From NCBI RefSeq assembly GCF_009914755.1, contig NC_060932.1: 64,000 nucleotides of DNA; one strand, 5' to 3'. The position numbers and the translations under genes were made by a program. The DNA is from the human T2T-CHM13v2.0 reference genome, Homo sapiens. Shown here piece by piece: positions 16,877 through 31,399 of this stretch (position 1 is its first letter; the number at the start of each line of letters is the position of its first letter). The notes beneath the pieces were generated by a model, which was given only the letters and a program-made list of their open reading frames with translations, ran no database searches and was not told where the DNA came from.

Positions 16877-17187
16877 GTCGAGTGTGGTGGCTCATGCCTG
16901 TAATCCCAAAACTTTGGGAGGCCGAGGGGAGAAGATTGCTTGAGCTCAGGAGTTAGAGACCAGCCTGGGCCACATAGTGTGATCTCACCTCTATAAAAAT
17001 TTTTAAAAAAAAAAATCCAGGCATGGTGGCACGTGCCTATAGACCCAGCTACTCTGGAGGCTGAGGTGGGAGGCTCAACCTACACTTGAGCCCAGGAGAT
17101 TGAGGCTGCAGTGAGCCATGATCACACCACTGCACTTCAGCCTGAACCACAGAGTGAGGCTCTGTCTCAAAAATTAAAGAAAAAAGA
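16877..17187 (+). mobile_element. AluJ
   Basis: Dimer with AluJ-type ttgagcccaggag...gaggctgcagtgagc right arm. Confidence 0.9.
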
Positions 17188-17330
17188 TTTCCTCTTGCCC
17201 CTTGTAGTTCCTTACTCCTACCCCTACCCACACCCTCCTTTCCATGTACAGCATGCAGGCACTTTTTTGATCTGGCTTTTTTCACAAAGCGTATATCTGA
17301 GATTTGTCCATGATGATGTGTGTATCAGTA

Positions 17331-18640
17331 CAGGCATATCTTGTATTATTACACTTTGATTTATTGTGCTTCACAGGCACTACATTTTACAAATTGAAGG
17401 GTTTTAGCAACTCTGCATTGAACAAGTCAATCTGCACCATTTTTCCAACATTTGCTCTCTGTGTCACATTTTGGTAATTCTCTCAATATTTCAAACATTT
17501 TCATTATTAATATACATGTTATGGTGGTCTGTAATCAGGGATCTTTGATGTTACTCTTGTAGTTGTTTTGGGCAACCATGAGCCCCACCCATGTAAAGTG
17601 GAGAATTTAATCAATACATGTATGTTCTGACTGCTCCGCCAACCATCCATTCCCCCATCTTTCTCCCTCTCCTTGGCCTCCCTATTCCCTGATATACAAC
17701 AATACTGGAATTAGGCCAGTTAATAACCCTACATCGGCCTCTAAGTGTTCAGGTGAAAGGAAGAGTCACACATCTTCCATTTTAAATCAAAAGCTAGAAA
17801 TGATTAAACTTAGTGAGGAAAGCATGTCGAAAGCCAAGATAGGCCAAAAGTAGGCCTCTTGTGTCAGCTAGCCAAATTGGGAATGTAAAGGAAAAGTTCT
17901 TGAACGAAATTAAAAGTGCTACTCCTGTGAACACACAAAGGATAAGAAAGCAAAACAGCCTTATTGCTGAAACGGAGAAAGTTGTAGCAGTCTGGATAGA
18001 TCAAACCAGCTACAACTTTCTCTTAAGCCACAGCAGCACCCTAACTCTCCTTAGTTGTATGAAGGCTGAGAGAGGTGAGAAAGCTACACAAGAAAAGTTG
18101 GAAGCTAGCAGAGGCTGGTTCGTGAGGTTTAAGGAAAGAAGTCATTGCCATAACATGAAAGTGCAAGGTGAAGAGCAAGTGCTGATATAGAAGCTACAGT
18201 AAGTCATCCAGAAGATCTAGCTATGATCATTGATGAAGGTGGCTACACTAAACAACAGATTTTTAAGGTAGATGAAACAGCCTTCTATTGGAAAACGATG
18301 CCATCTAGAACTTTCAAGGATAGAAATCAATGCCTAGCTTCAAAGCTTGAAAGGACAGGTTGTCTTGTTAGGGGCTAAAGTGGCTGGTGATTTTAAGTTG
18401 AAGCCAGTGCTCATTGACTCTTTCAAAAATTCTAGGGCCCTTAAGAATTATGCTTAAATCTACTCTGCCTGTGCTCTTCGTGGAATAATAAAGCCTAAGT
18501 GAAACTCATCTGCTTACAGTATGGTTTACTGAATATTTTAAGCCTAAGTGAAACTCATCTGCTTACAGTATGGTTTACTGAATATTTTAAGCCCAGTGTC
18601 GAGATCTACTGCTCAGAAAAAAAAAAAAAAAAAGATTCCA
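17331..18640 (+). mobile_element. Tigger1 DNA transposon, 5' ~1.3 kb with degraded transposase
   Basis: TA|CAGGCATATC left terminus. ORF 17861-18190 ([16 protein letters not shown]...[15 protein letters not shown]) is pogo/Tigger transposase-like. Confidence 0.9.
18491..18593. repeat. Perfect 49-bp tandem duplication inside Tigger1
   Basis: 18491-18539 equals 18540-18588, followed by AAGCC microhomology. Confidence 0.95.
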
Positions 18641-18941
18641 TTTTGAGATAGTGTCTCTCTGTGTTGCCAAGGCTGGTCTTGAACTCCTGGACTGAAGCCA
18701 TCCTGTCTAGCCTGTTTTTAATAGGCCTGAAACTTAGTAAGCTCTCACATGTGAACTTCAGTGGCTAAATATAACCTAGCATAATCAGCTGACCCAAGGG
18801 GTGGAATTGCAGTTGTTGCTGAGGTTGGCGTTAGATTTTGAGTAAAATGATCTTTCAGTTATATGGACTTTTTAGGTATTGGTGAGTTGAAGTTTCTTGA
18901 TCCTTGTTGCCTATTTATTAGCGAAGAATTAGGACATTATA

Positions 18942-19011
18942 TTAGGTTGGTGCAAAAGTAATTGCGGTTTTGCTATTATGCAAAACCACAATTACTTTTA
19001 CATCAACCTTA
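18942..19011. mobile_element. MADE1 (Hsmar1-derived MITE), palindromic
   Basis: TTAGGTTGGTGCAAAAGTAATTGCGGTTTTGC...GCAAAACCACAATTACTTTTACATCAACCTTA, preceded by TA. Confidence 0.9.
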
Positions 19012-19992
19012 CTTCAAAGGCAGTTAATTGCCCATGGGGTAGAAATCATTAGTATCTAAGGTTTTAGGTCATATTTTTTCTAAAAGTTTCTTTTTTCTCC
19101 TTATGGTTTTGATTTTCATCCCATTTCACTTCAAGAACTACACGGAGGATTAACTTCTTAGTTTCCTGTGCCTTCTAATATAACCACCCTGTCATGTGGT
19201 CAACACTGGCTCTTGTTTGTTAATTCTAAATGCACTAATAATAACCCTAAATTTCAGGGAGCTAAACCATGGGTTTAACCAAAAAGAGTGATAGATTTTA
19301 AACATAAATGGGTAGAGAATAATAAAGAACCTCTTCCATTTATTCAGGTTGAAGAGAGAAACTCTCAATTAATTAAACACCTCCTTCCTGACCCTTGCAA
19401 AATACATATATATACATATATACTTTTTAAATATGTAAAATATATACATAATACATAAAATAGACATGTATTTTGCAATATCACCTGTGTCTGGAACAGC
19501 TGGTTTCTAGAAATCAGATTGGGTGATAATGTGGATTCATTTAAAACTATGTCTAGATCTTTAGATTAATACAGAGGCTGTGAAGTATTTTTTAAAATGA
19601 TGAAAATTAAGTTTAATTGCACTGTATTTTCTAACACTTTTTCCAATTTTTGTAAAAATATCCTTTAATAATAAAAACTGAAGAAAATTTAAAATTTCTC
19701 CAATTCTCATCATTACAAAACAGTAATAGCCTAAAGTAAATATAATTTCAGCCAAAAGGAAAGAATAAAGGAAGGAAGGAAGGAAGGAAGGAAGACAAAA
19801 AGCGTTTCAAAAACCAGGGATCATGGTGTACCTGTTATTTCAAATTTAATATTATTCGATTTAATTTTAATTCCACCAAAGAAAAAGATATTGAAGTAAA
19901 ACAGAAGGGATTGACAAATTTGAGATTAATATTTCTTTATTGTAAAATATGTCTCTTTAAAAATAAGTCTAAAATTAAGAAAAACAATAAAA

Positions 19993-20301
<309 letters not shown>

Positions 20302-20671
20302 ACCAATAAAATCTTTAAGAGGTTTGAGTAATATTCAACTTTATGGTATTATTATGATATTCTTGGAATCTCTAGATATTTATAACTTATTATTAATTTA
20401 TCAATATTTAGATACTTGCAGATACCTAAAGATAACTTTAGACTCTTAATATGAAAAATGGTTTTGAGCTTTACATATTTTAAAATAAATTTGTATATGT
20501 ATTATATAATATATACGTTATATATATAGTCAAGAAGTATACCATTCATATTCTATTCTGTAACCATAATTTCCATATTGACCAACTTAGATTTCTTAGA
20601 ACGGATATAATACTCACTAACAATTCACGTCAACACTGTTTCTCATATTACAGTATACAAGTTATCTATGA

Positions 20672-20996
<325 letters not shown>

Positions 20997-21326
20997 CATA
21001 TTTTTATTAAAGTTCTCTTCCAGTGTTTGCATTTACATTTATGTTATCCTAATACCTTAATTGTTGGAGAAGAAAAGAACAGAGAAGGGCCTAATGTATA
21101 AATAATGCATTCAAGCCAAGTGAAAGTAAATGATTTTATGGTTCAATATAGAATGAGAGTTCTTTAGTTGTTACGGAAAAAAAGCAAACAAAAATGGCAG
21201 ACAAAGTTGAGTCTTCATATATAATAAAAGCACACAAACTAAGAAAAGTCTTAGTAGTCAGTATCATATCCATAATTTTATGTGGCATTTTAGTTTTAGC
21301 ACACCATCATTTCATATTAAATTAAA

Positions 21327-21549
<223 letters not shown>

Positions 21550-21639
21550 TAGTTTTATGTTTATAAGGTATTTTTTAAATGCAATGAATAAAATTCAAAT
21601 ACAATTTTTTTTAAATTGATTAAAAATAGCAGGTAATGA

Positions 21640-22952
21640 CACTGTTCCATGTATATCTCCCTGGCTCTTACAGTTTTAGTAGTGCATGCAGTACTCACTT
21701 CCAACTACCAATGCCTGCAACTGAGGCCTTTTTTTCTTTGCCACCACGCACATAGCAGGCCAGATAAGCTGAAAAGAATTAACCCTCCTGGCAGCAGCCC
21801 TCAATCTATGACTGAAGGGAATTGGAGTATAAATACCTCAGCTCTTCCTCCCCGTGACTGAAATAATTCTGAGGCACACATTTACGCTGTTGCCTACATT
21901 TTCTCAGCAGAATGCAGCTCCAGTTGTTGGATGCAGGACACTTATGCAGTGGACCTAAGGCAACCTCAGGGCCCCTTTTTAAAGAGGGGGTACACAGCAG
22001 CTAGAGGAAAAATGAAGTCTGAAGTCCTGACCCAAGTTCATCTCACAGTAGATCCAGCAGATCTCTGGAACTGCCAAGTAGAAATTTCTCTGTTGCCCAA
22101 ATACATAATCAAAATGGCTGTATTTATAGCTGTCAACCATCACACTAGTCCCTGGTCTGTATAGTTTGAAAGGCCAAATGGAAGCCACCTAAAAATGCCC
22201 TCCACAATAACAAAAGTAATATCACATCTTGGGCAGGATGGTCAGAAGCAAGGGCTATGGTCCCCTTCGTACCCCATCTTGATTTAATTTAACAAGTTAG
22301 CCCACCACAGTGTCCGTGTTGTAAAGGCATGGGTCAAGGAACCACTTGGAGAACTTGTGCTTCTCATTTCCACAACTTTTCGCCATGCCGGGCCAGAGGT
22401 TCTGGTTCCTGGTAGGGAGAGGGATCCTTCTACAAGGAGCTAGAATAAAGTTTCCACTAAATTTAAAGTTATATCTTCTCCCTTGGCATTTTCAGCTTCT
22501 TATTCCAGTTGACCAAGATGCAATAAAGAAGCCCTCATTAATGAGGATACATGGTTGCTATGATATTATAAGGGCAGGGAAGACTATGTCCTGTGACCCT
22601 TTGCTAGGGGTTTCTCTGGCTACTAAAGCATGCTTGTCCATGTTCTGGAGAAGTTAACACCTCCCAGGAGAAGCTCTGTTCCAAAGCTGATGGAATTTGT
22701 TGTATAAACATCTCATTTTTCTCACCCTTACTTAACTCCAAGACACATGATCTACACTGTTTTCCAAAGTTCCTGAGAAGGGTTAAGCTACAGTAGTCCT
22801 TGCAGTACTTTTCTTGAAAACACACTCTTCTACTTGTGAGTGAGCTTCTCTCCCTTCTCTGTCTTCATTCCCTACTCCCTTACGCCTTCCAAATAAAGTT
22901 CTTGCACTCTAATCCTTGTTTCAGTGTCTCTAGGAGTACTCCAAATAAGGCA
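21640..22952 (+). mobile_element. Heavily deleted ERVL-class provirus: two LTR16-like LTRs flanking internal remnants
   Basis: LTR16-like blocks at ~21640-21925 and ~22600-22952 share ataaa(t/c)a(c/t)ctca...ac(g/a)ctgtt...agct(c/a)cagt motifs. The internal peptide GARIKFPLNLKLYLLPWHFQLLIPVDQDAIKK resembles ERVL dUTPase-region sequence. Confidence 0.6.
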
Positions 22953-23181
22953 GGGTCCTTGAAATTTTGTTTTCTCTTTAAAAAGCATGTTACCATTTTA
23001 AAAACACTGTTGTAGTGCCCAGCCAGCATACACGCTTCAATAATTGCTGGGATAACATCCTACAAAGCAATGATCTAATTGCTTACATGCTCATAGTCAT
23101 GAATGAAAGATGCAAGAAAATGTTCTTTGAGAGGGCTCAAATTATACACTAAATTTTAAAATGCATGCAAAAAACATTTGC

Positions 23182-23218
<37 letters not shown>

Positions 23219-23438
23219 GCCATTTTAAATTTGGATACTTAGAAGGACAAATTTCTTTTCTTTGAGAAACTTCCCTACGTGGAACAGCTCATCTAAGTCT
23301 TAGATCCTCGATGAGGCTGCTTATAAGGCTGTCTAAGTTGTATTCTGCATAACTCAAGGGTGACTTGCAACCTGTAGCCCACATCTTCTGGAACCTTCTG
23401 GAATTCTGGCACAACTGGATTTACAGCATGCCTTTGCA

Positions 23439-23533
23439 AATGGTTATCTATCTCCTTAGATATTATCACCACAATGCAAAATGAATGGTTATCTATCTCC
23501 TTAGATATTACCACCACAATACAATACAAAATG
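23439..23533. repeat. 45-bp tandem duplication
   Basis: aatggttatctatctccttagatatta(t/c)caccacaat... at 23439 and 23484. Confidence 0.9.
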
Positions 23534-24471
23534 AAGTGAGCCAGCCCATCAAACTCAAGCGCTCCCCTGCCCGAAAAGAAATGTTAGACTGTGGATATTG
23601 AAGCTAATTTTATTCAACGCAGTTTTCATTGCCCTGAGGCACTTTATCTACTGCTGGAATGTACTCACTGAATCATATTTTAAACCAGTATTCTCTCCGA
23701 TTCTATATGCGCCTCAAAGTCTAAGCACATTGGAACTGGATAAAGGGCTACTGTCAAGTTCAATTTAGTCAAGATTACCTCCTCAACAATACTTCAAACA
23801 TTTTATTCACATAAATCATACAGGAGGATTAGAATATGCACTCAGTTAAAAAAGATTACTTTGCCATTCTGATGATCATGCACAGTCTTATTGCTAATAA
23901 ACTCCTTTGTATAGTTTCCCACACAAACAAGTAGAGTTTCTCATGGGAAATAAGCTTTTGCAGTTTTTTTTGAAAGAAATATACACTAAGCTTTCTATTT
24001 GTTTTAAAAATCAACAAAACAGTACCTTAAAGGGAATACACTACTGGAATATTACAGAAAATTAAATCTCTACGAAGCCTGTTGCAAATGAGTAAGTCAC
24101 CTTTTGAGGTTTTAAAAATCATTTTCATAAGTGATTTCCATTGACCACATGATGATATGAGTAAACTTTAGAGAACATGTTAAACATTTTCAGCCTGCAT
24201 TGCATATTACCTGTCTGCCTGGTTTTTTTCAAGGTTTGCATTTCAAATGCTTTCCCAGTTCCGTAGCCACTCTCTCAGTACCTCGCTATTGTCTGGTACT
24301 CAACTAAATTCAAACTTTGGTGTTACCTGCCAGGTCGCGCAGGGAGGCTGAGATTTTTACCTCTGCATTAAAACAAGGGATCCAGTGGATTTTTCTAAGA
24401 CCCATACTTAGATGCATTTAATAATATATTTGAACATATTTTTATATACTTTTATAATGATCACATGCCTA

Positions 24472-25020
24472 AATTGGGGGAAAGGGGTCCTGATCCAGAC
24501 CTCAAGAGAGGATTCCTGAATCTCTCACAAGAAAGAATTCAGGGCAGGTCCACATAGTGCAAAGCAAAAGCAAGTTTACCAAGAAAGTAAAGGAATAAAA
24601 GAAAGAGTACTCCAAAGAGCAGCCCCGAGGGCTGCTGGTTGCCCATTTTTAAGGTTATTTCTTGATTATATGCTAAACAAGGGGTGGATTATTCATGCCT
24701 CCCCTTTTTAGACCATATAGGGTAACTTCCTGTCATTGCCATGGTATTTGTAAACTGTCATAGTGCTGGTGGGAGTGTAGCAGTGAGGACAACCAGAGAT
24801 CACTCTTATCGTCATTTTGCCTACTAGGTTTTGGCATGCTTCGTTACTGCAACCTGTTTATCAGCAAAGTCTTTGTGATCTGTATCTTATGCTGACCTCC
24901 TATGTCATCCTGTGTCTTAGAATGCCTTACCCATCTGGGAATGCAGCCCAGTAGATCTCAGTTTCATTTTACCCAGCTCCTATTTAAGATGAAGTTGCTC
25001 TGGTTCAAATGCCTCTAACA
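24472..25020 (-). mobile_element. MER41 solo LTR (MER41A-like)
   Basis: Minus strand begins TGTTAGAGGCATTTGAACCAGAGCAACTTCATCTT; ~550 bp; flanked by CCTA 4-bp repeats; no tandem GAS block visible. Confidence 0.85.
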
Positions 25021-25876
25021 CCTACATAGGCTGTGACATGATTGAGCATTTAAAATTAAAACATTATAATTTCATGATGTTTCTCCCCTCTCCTATTTTT
25101 CTTCTTCTTGTTATTTTTTTGTACCAATAGTCTCTGATCTCCAAGTATGCCGGGAAGCAGGTAGACACAAGGTCAGCAGGGCAGGAGGGGAAACAGCAAG
25201 AGCAGCATGCTGACGACCTTTCTGCCAGTTAACGCTCATAGGTCACGCTCTGGCAATCACTGCTGTTGACACACAAAGGTGGCCTCATAGATGGAACTAG
25301 TGTTGAACAACTCCTTGGATAGAGCAATCTGGTTTAAAAATGTCAGGTTTTTTAAAGCATTAGTTTATTTGTCTTAATGTAATGGATAAAGATAATCCCT
25401 CATTACATGATTTACATCTATGACCTGAGAAGAGTTAGATTTTTAACTTTAAATTGTATTTGGAACCAAATTTTAGACTGATGAAGGTATAAACGGATAT
25501 AAGAGTAAAAATTTAGTGATTTAACTTCCTCACAGTGTTTTCATTCCCTTGTGTATCTCCTTACAATCTTCTGTAGAAATTAACTATTATTGCCCCAGTT
25601 CACAGGAAAAAGAAACTTAAAAACATGGAAGTGAGGAATTTTTTTGCTCAAAATCATAAATTTAGTTAAGTTAGCATCCAGTAGGATTAATTTTTTTTAT
25701 TATACTACACATTTATATGAAATCATATCTGTTTATTTTATAATCTCTTCTCCAGAATTGAATCTTAGGAAAGAGCAAAACAAAAACCTAAGCAGAACTG
25801 GAGTGCCCTCCAGGTGAGGCCAGGATCTTCTTCAGGTTTAGCCTGGCTGTAAGAGCTCAGTCTCCCCATTTCCAGG

Positions 25877-26320
25877 TGACTTAGTCCATTTAGCATTGCT
25901 GTAACAGAATACCTGAGACTGGGTGATTCATAAAGAAAAGAGGTGTATTTGGCTTGTGATTCTGGTGGCTGGAAAGTTCAAAGCTAGACAGCTGCATCTG
26001 AGGAAGGCCTCAGTTGCTTCCGCTCATGGTGGAAAGTGAAAGATGAGTGGTGTATGCAAAGAGATCACATGGCGAGGGAGGAAATGAGAGAGATTGTGGA
26101 AGCCAGACTCTTTAACAACCTGCTCTTGCTTTCACAGGAACTAATCCATTCCCACAGAGTGAGAACTCACTTACTCCTGCATGAGCATCTATTCATGAGG
26201 AATCTGCCCTGCCCTGTGACCCAAACATCTCCCATCAGGCACCAACTCCCAACACTACACATTAGGGGTCAGATTTCAACATGAGTTTTGGCTGGGCCAA
26301 ACTATATCCAAACCATAGCA
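25877..26320 (-). mobile_element. MST-family MaLR LTR
   Basis: Minus strand begins TGCTATGGTTTGGATAT; perfect 5-bp TSD CCAGG (25872-25876 / 26321-26325). Confidence 0.9.
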
Positions 26321-26784
26321 CCAGGTAAAAGCACAAAAGAGCAAGTTTCTTCTAAAGCTTCTGGAGAAAATGCACAGTTACCCTGCACAGTGTAGTTTAA
26401 TTGGATAGTTAAGACTAGCGGACAAGCCCCATCAGATCCAGCAGTTTCAATTCTTCTGTATAATTGAGGAAGAACCCCAGATGTTCTTCTGACTGAGTAA
26501 GCTAGCATTGACTTGTTACAAAGAAGCTGGTGGACCAGACTATCATTAAAATGGACTTTGCCTTTTTGTCTGGGTCACAAAAGGGAAAAAAGGCTGCTTA
26601 ATTTGCTGAAGGGCATCAATTAGTGCCAATCCAAACATAAAAATAAAACAGGTGGAACTTTTAAAAAAATACTCTCTGAAGCACTCATACATTAGGACAC
26701 GTTACTAACTCATAAAGCATTTTAAAGGATGCGTTGGGTGAGCCTGAGCCAGACAATTAAAGACATCAAAGTCATGCTGGACAA

Positions 26785-27224
26785 TGTTAATCAAGTTTAG
26801 CCTAAAGCTGCCTCCTTACATATTTAAGTGCAACCTAAAGGTTTTTCTGTACATTGTGAACTATAATAAGTAGAGGTGTAAACTGCCTGTAGCCCACACA
26901 TGTGCCGGTCACTGAGTTTTGGCCAATCAAATGTAGCCGACTGTTCTAACGGTGTTCAAAAGGTGTTCAAATAAGGCAAACGCCAACCTGTAACCAATCC
27001 AGCTGTTTCTGTCCCTCACTTCCGATTTCTGTACATCATTTCCTGTTTTTTGGTTTTGTTTTTTTTTTTTTTTTTTTTTTTGTCTATAAACCTTCTTCCA
27101 CCACATGGCTCTGCTGGAATCTCTCTAAATCTGCTGTGATTCTGGGGGCTTCCTGATTCTTGAATTGTTCCTCGTTCAATTAAACTCCTTTAAATTTAAT
27201 TTGGCTAAAGTTTTTCTTTTAAAA
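26785..27224 (+). mobile_element. MER57-family LTR
   Basis: Starts TGTTAATCAAGTTTAGCCTAAAGCTGCCTCCTTACATATT; CCAAT boxes; TSD acaa/gcaa; internal polyT expansion. Confidence 0.8.
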
Positions 27225-27374
27225 GCAAGAAACCAGTAGTCCTTCCTCCTTTTCCCCCACTACCAGAGGGTAATTTTACTTGTCATCATTTGAGCTCAAT
27301 GAATTTAATGTTCTGATGTGGCTTCAGAGAAGCCCTGGAGGGTGCTAAACGGTAACATTTTCACATGAGTACAA

Positions 27375-27702
27375 CAGTACCTCCCCTCCCTTACCCACGG
27401 TTTAGCTTTCTGTGTTTTCAGTTATCCACAGTAAATCATAGTTATTTTTGTTAATATCAGGTATTTTGAGAGAGTCACCATATTCGTGTAACTTTCATTA
27501 GAGTATATTGTTATAATTATTCTATTTTATCATTAGTTATTGTTGTTATCTCTTACTGTGTCTAGTTTATAAATTAAACTTTATCACAGTACGTATGCAT
27601 AGAAAAAAAATTGTACATATAGGGTTTGGTACTATCCGTGATTTCAGGCATCCACTGAGGGTCTTGGAACATATACCCCCCCGCGGATAAAAGGGGATTA
27701 CC
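27375..27702. mobile_element. MER44-like (Tigger7-derived) MITE
   Basis: Degenerate TIRs cagtacctcccctcccttacccacgg ... ccgcggataaaaggggattac, plus MER44-type internal sequence. Confidence 0.75.
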
Positions 27703-27716
27703 CCCTTACCCCCTCC

Positions 27717-27783
27717 TTTTTTTTTTTTTTAGAGGCAGAGTCTCTCTCTTTCGCCCAGGCTGGAGTGCAGTGGCACGATCTCT
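27717..27783 (-). mobile_element. Alu 3'-end fragment
   Basis: polyT followed by gaggcagagtctc...gcagtggcacgatctc. Confidence 0.85.
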
Positions 27784-27860
27784 GTCGTTCTCTGCCCCAG
27801 CATGATGAGTGGTTTCTAATTTTTTTCTTTTGTAGAAAAGGAGGTAAAAATTACTCTCTC

Positions 27861-28179
<319 letters not shown>

Positions 28180-28959
28180 CTAGATTGTGAAGATTGATGG
28201 AGTTAAGAATGATTCAATAATTTAATCTTAAGAGTGCCTTAGTTAGCAAGCAAGACAAAAGGTTATTCAGGATAGTAGGAGGAAAACTAAGAGACCGTGG
28301 AAGCCAAGGAGGAGATAGTTTCGAGAAAGAAAGAAAGCAGGAGCGAGTTTGAGGCACAAGAGAACTGCGAAAGGTCCATTGCATATGATTAGGAAGAGAT
28401 TTCTGGAGCAATTAGGACCCTCATCAAGGTTAAAGAAAAGAGAGGATTTAGATTATCTGAGCTCCCTCCTAAATCCCTGGTTTTCAGTCCTTAGAGCAAC
28501 AGGCTAACTGATGTTTAGATTAAGAAAACTGACTTTTTCCAGCAGATAAGAGTCCCAGCAGGAATCCTGGCAGAAGGAATTAGAGACTAGCACGGGGCGG
28601 GTGGAGCTCAGGGCCATTCCTGATGAATGGCCAATGTAAAGAAACCCCAGAAAGACACCAAGTGACAGGAGGCAGGGAAATTTGTAGGAAGAGCAATGTA
28701 GAATGAAAATCATTGCAAAACGGTGATTTGGTCTTAGTTGAAAGACAAGTAGAAGAAGATGAATTTGAAAGACGACTTGTCATTTATATGGACTTGTTGT
28801 ATTTTTTTTCCAACCATTTTTTCAATATTTTGTTGCTTGCCTTAAGGGATGGCAGATATGGACTCTGTCCAGTGGAAAGTCACCTCTAGGTTTTTACACA
28901 TTTTTGAAAGGCGAGTGGAGAACAGCGGTGGCCTGAAAGCTCTTAAAACTAGTGCTCTG

Positions 28960-29305
<346 letters not shown>

Positions 29306-30364
29306 TCAGTGACAGCACAAGCATTAGTATCCAGTATCCAACCATCTGAAAAAAATTGGAGGATTTTAGCTTGTCTTCGCTAAAATAGTTTGGGGAATAA
29401 TAGAGTCACAAATTAGAACTAGTAAGAATCCATTCCTTCAGTCTTGCTAGTTGAAGTAAATCCCTTATTTGTGGACATGAGATTTACTTTAGGTTGTATT
29501 TGGCAAGTGTGGGAGTACAGGGTGTGGAATTTATTCAGCTACAAAAGTCCCTTAAAATTCCCCGCAATTTCATAAACCCTTAAGAGTTCAGACATGCAAG
29601 AATGTTTGTGAAATCTTTGGAAGATGACAACCTAGGCTACTCTCTCTGCTGAAAATGACTAAGTTGGATTTTCTGCTTCATTCCTAAGGAGGAAACTTGA
29701 CGGCTGAAAGTGAAAAGTGATGGCAATAAACCAGGGAGCGTGAAATAGAAGGTGGGTGAAAATTTTACTCAACTGGGAAAAAGATGCTAATTCAACCCCG
29801 GGCAGCAAGAGAAAATGCAAATGAAGATGAAGTCAAAAGAGCTTAACCTGTTTCAAATATTTCATTTCTAAAAATTCGATTCTATTTTCTCTTGTCTCAT
29901 AGTCTGTCTTAAGAGACTCATACTAAATCCGTGGGCATCCTATTCTTTCCTCATCTAAACACATTTTTAAAGGTGAGAAATAACCAAAGTTATGAGGCAG
30001 GATTCAGGGTTAATCAATAATTTCAAACACGAAATGGAATATGTTAAGTCAAGAACTAGTGTGTAAAGATATTCAGCAATCTTGTTAGAAAGTTGTTTGA
30101 AAGAATTTGCTCTTTTTTTGCTTAGAGATGAAGTTGTTGTTCTTATTCACACACATGAACACAGCACGTTCTTGCTTCAGGAAGTGCGCCGGCGGGCAGA
30201 TTGGATAAATTCAAAGATCGGTATTCTGACAAAATTGGCAGTTTCCAAATTCCAGATAAATTTGTTTATCCCAAATCATTGTGTTGTAACTTAATCACAA
30301 ATTAAACAGATTTAAACACAGAGCCTTTAAGTAAAAATATGTGGGGAAATAATTGCTTAAGTTT

Positions 30365-30493
30365 AAAAATAGGAATCTCTATTTTTTTATTTTTTCTTTC
30401 TTTATTTTAATCAATGTTGACCAGGTTGGCCTCGAACGTGTAGCCTCGCCTCCTCGAGTGCCAGGGCAACCGCCCTGAGCCACCGCGACTCCC
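30365..30493 (-). ncRNA. snaR-related (ASR/CAS-like) retroposed short Pol III element
   Basis: Minus strand reads GGGAGTCGCGGTGGCTCAGGGCGGTTGCCCTGGCACTCGAGGAGGCGAGGCTACACGTTCGAGGCCAACCTGGTCAACATTG plus an A-rich tail. It has an A box, B box GTTCGAGGC, 18-bp TSD aggaatctctattttttt (30371-30388 / 30494-30511), and a T5 run right after the TSD. Expression is unknown. Confidence 0.65.
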
Positions 30494-30786
30494 AGGAATC
30501 TCTATTTTTTTTAAACCAGGTGAAAAATGTTAGACCAGATTACTCACCCTTAAAAATTAGACAAAGTATCTGAGTCATCGCTCCCTTGAACAACGCCTCC
30601 TAGCCGTGGGATTGAGGAGGAATCTGGTGTTAAAAGTCCACACGCATCATTTCCCTTAATGTTATTAATGATAATTTGCATAAGGAATCTTTTTTTGACT
30701 GTAAAAATAAGTTTACTTTGACAGTCTCTATTACTTAAGACATTTGGTCTATCAGATAATATCTTCGTAATCATAGTGCTGTTTAA

Positions 30787-31152
<366 letters not shown>

Positions 31153-31399
31153 TGAGATTTTGTGTGTGTGCTATCTTCTGGAATGAAGCCCCACACCGTT
31201 TATTAGATGATCTTGGGGATATATGTCTTGAAGGGAAGAATGATTTAGAATATCACATTAAAATTGTATATGTACTGTGAGGCAGCAATACAAATCTGGC
31301 ACTTTGCCAAAGTTATTACTAGTAGGTGGGTTAAAGGGACGTTTACTCCAATACTATGCAAAGTAAAGTGGACCTTTCTGTCAAACAAAAATAGTAATA

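Noticed and set aside
24472-25020. MER41 LTR as an interferon-gamma/STAT1 enhancer for a cytokine-inducible transporter
   Set aside because: The tandem GAS (TTCCGGGAA-type) block that makes MER41B IFN-responsive is not visible. The element reads like the MER41A form that lacks it.
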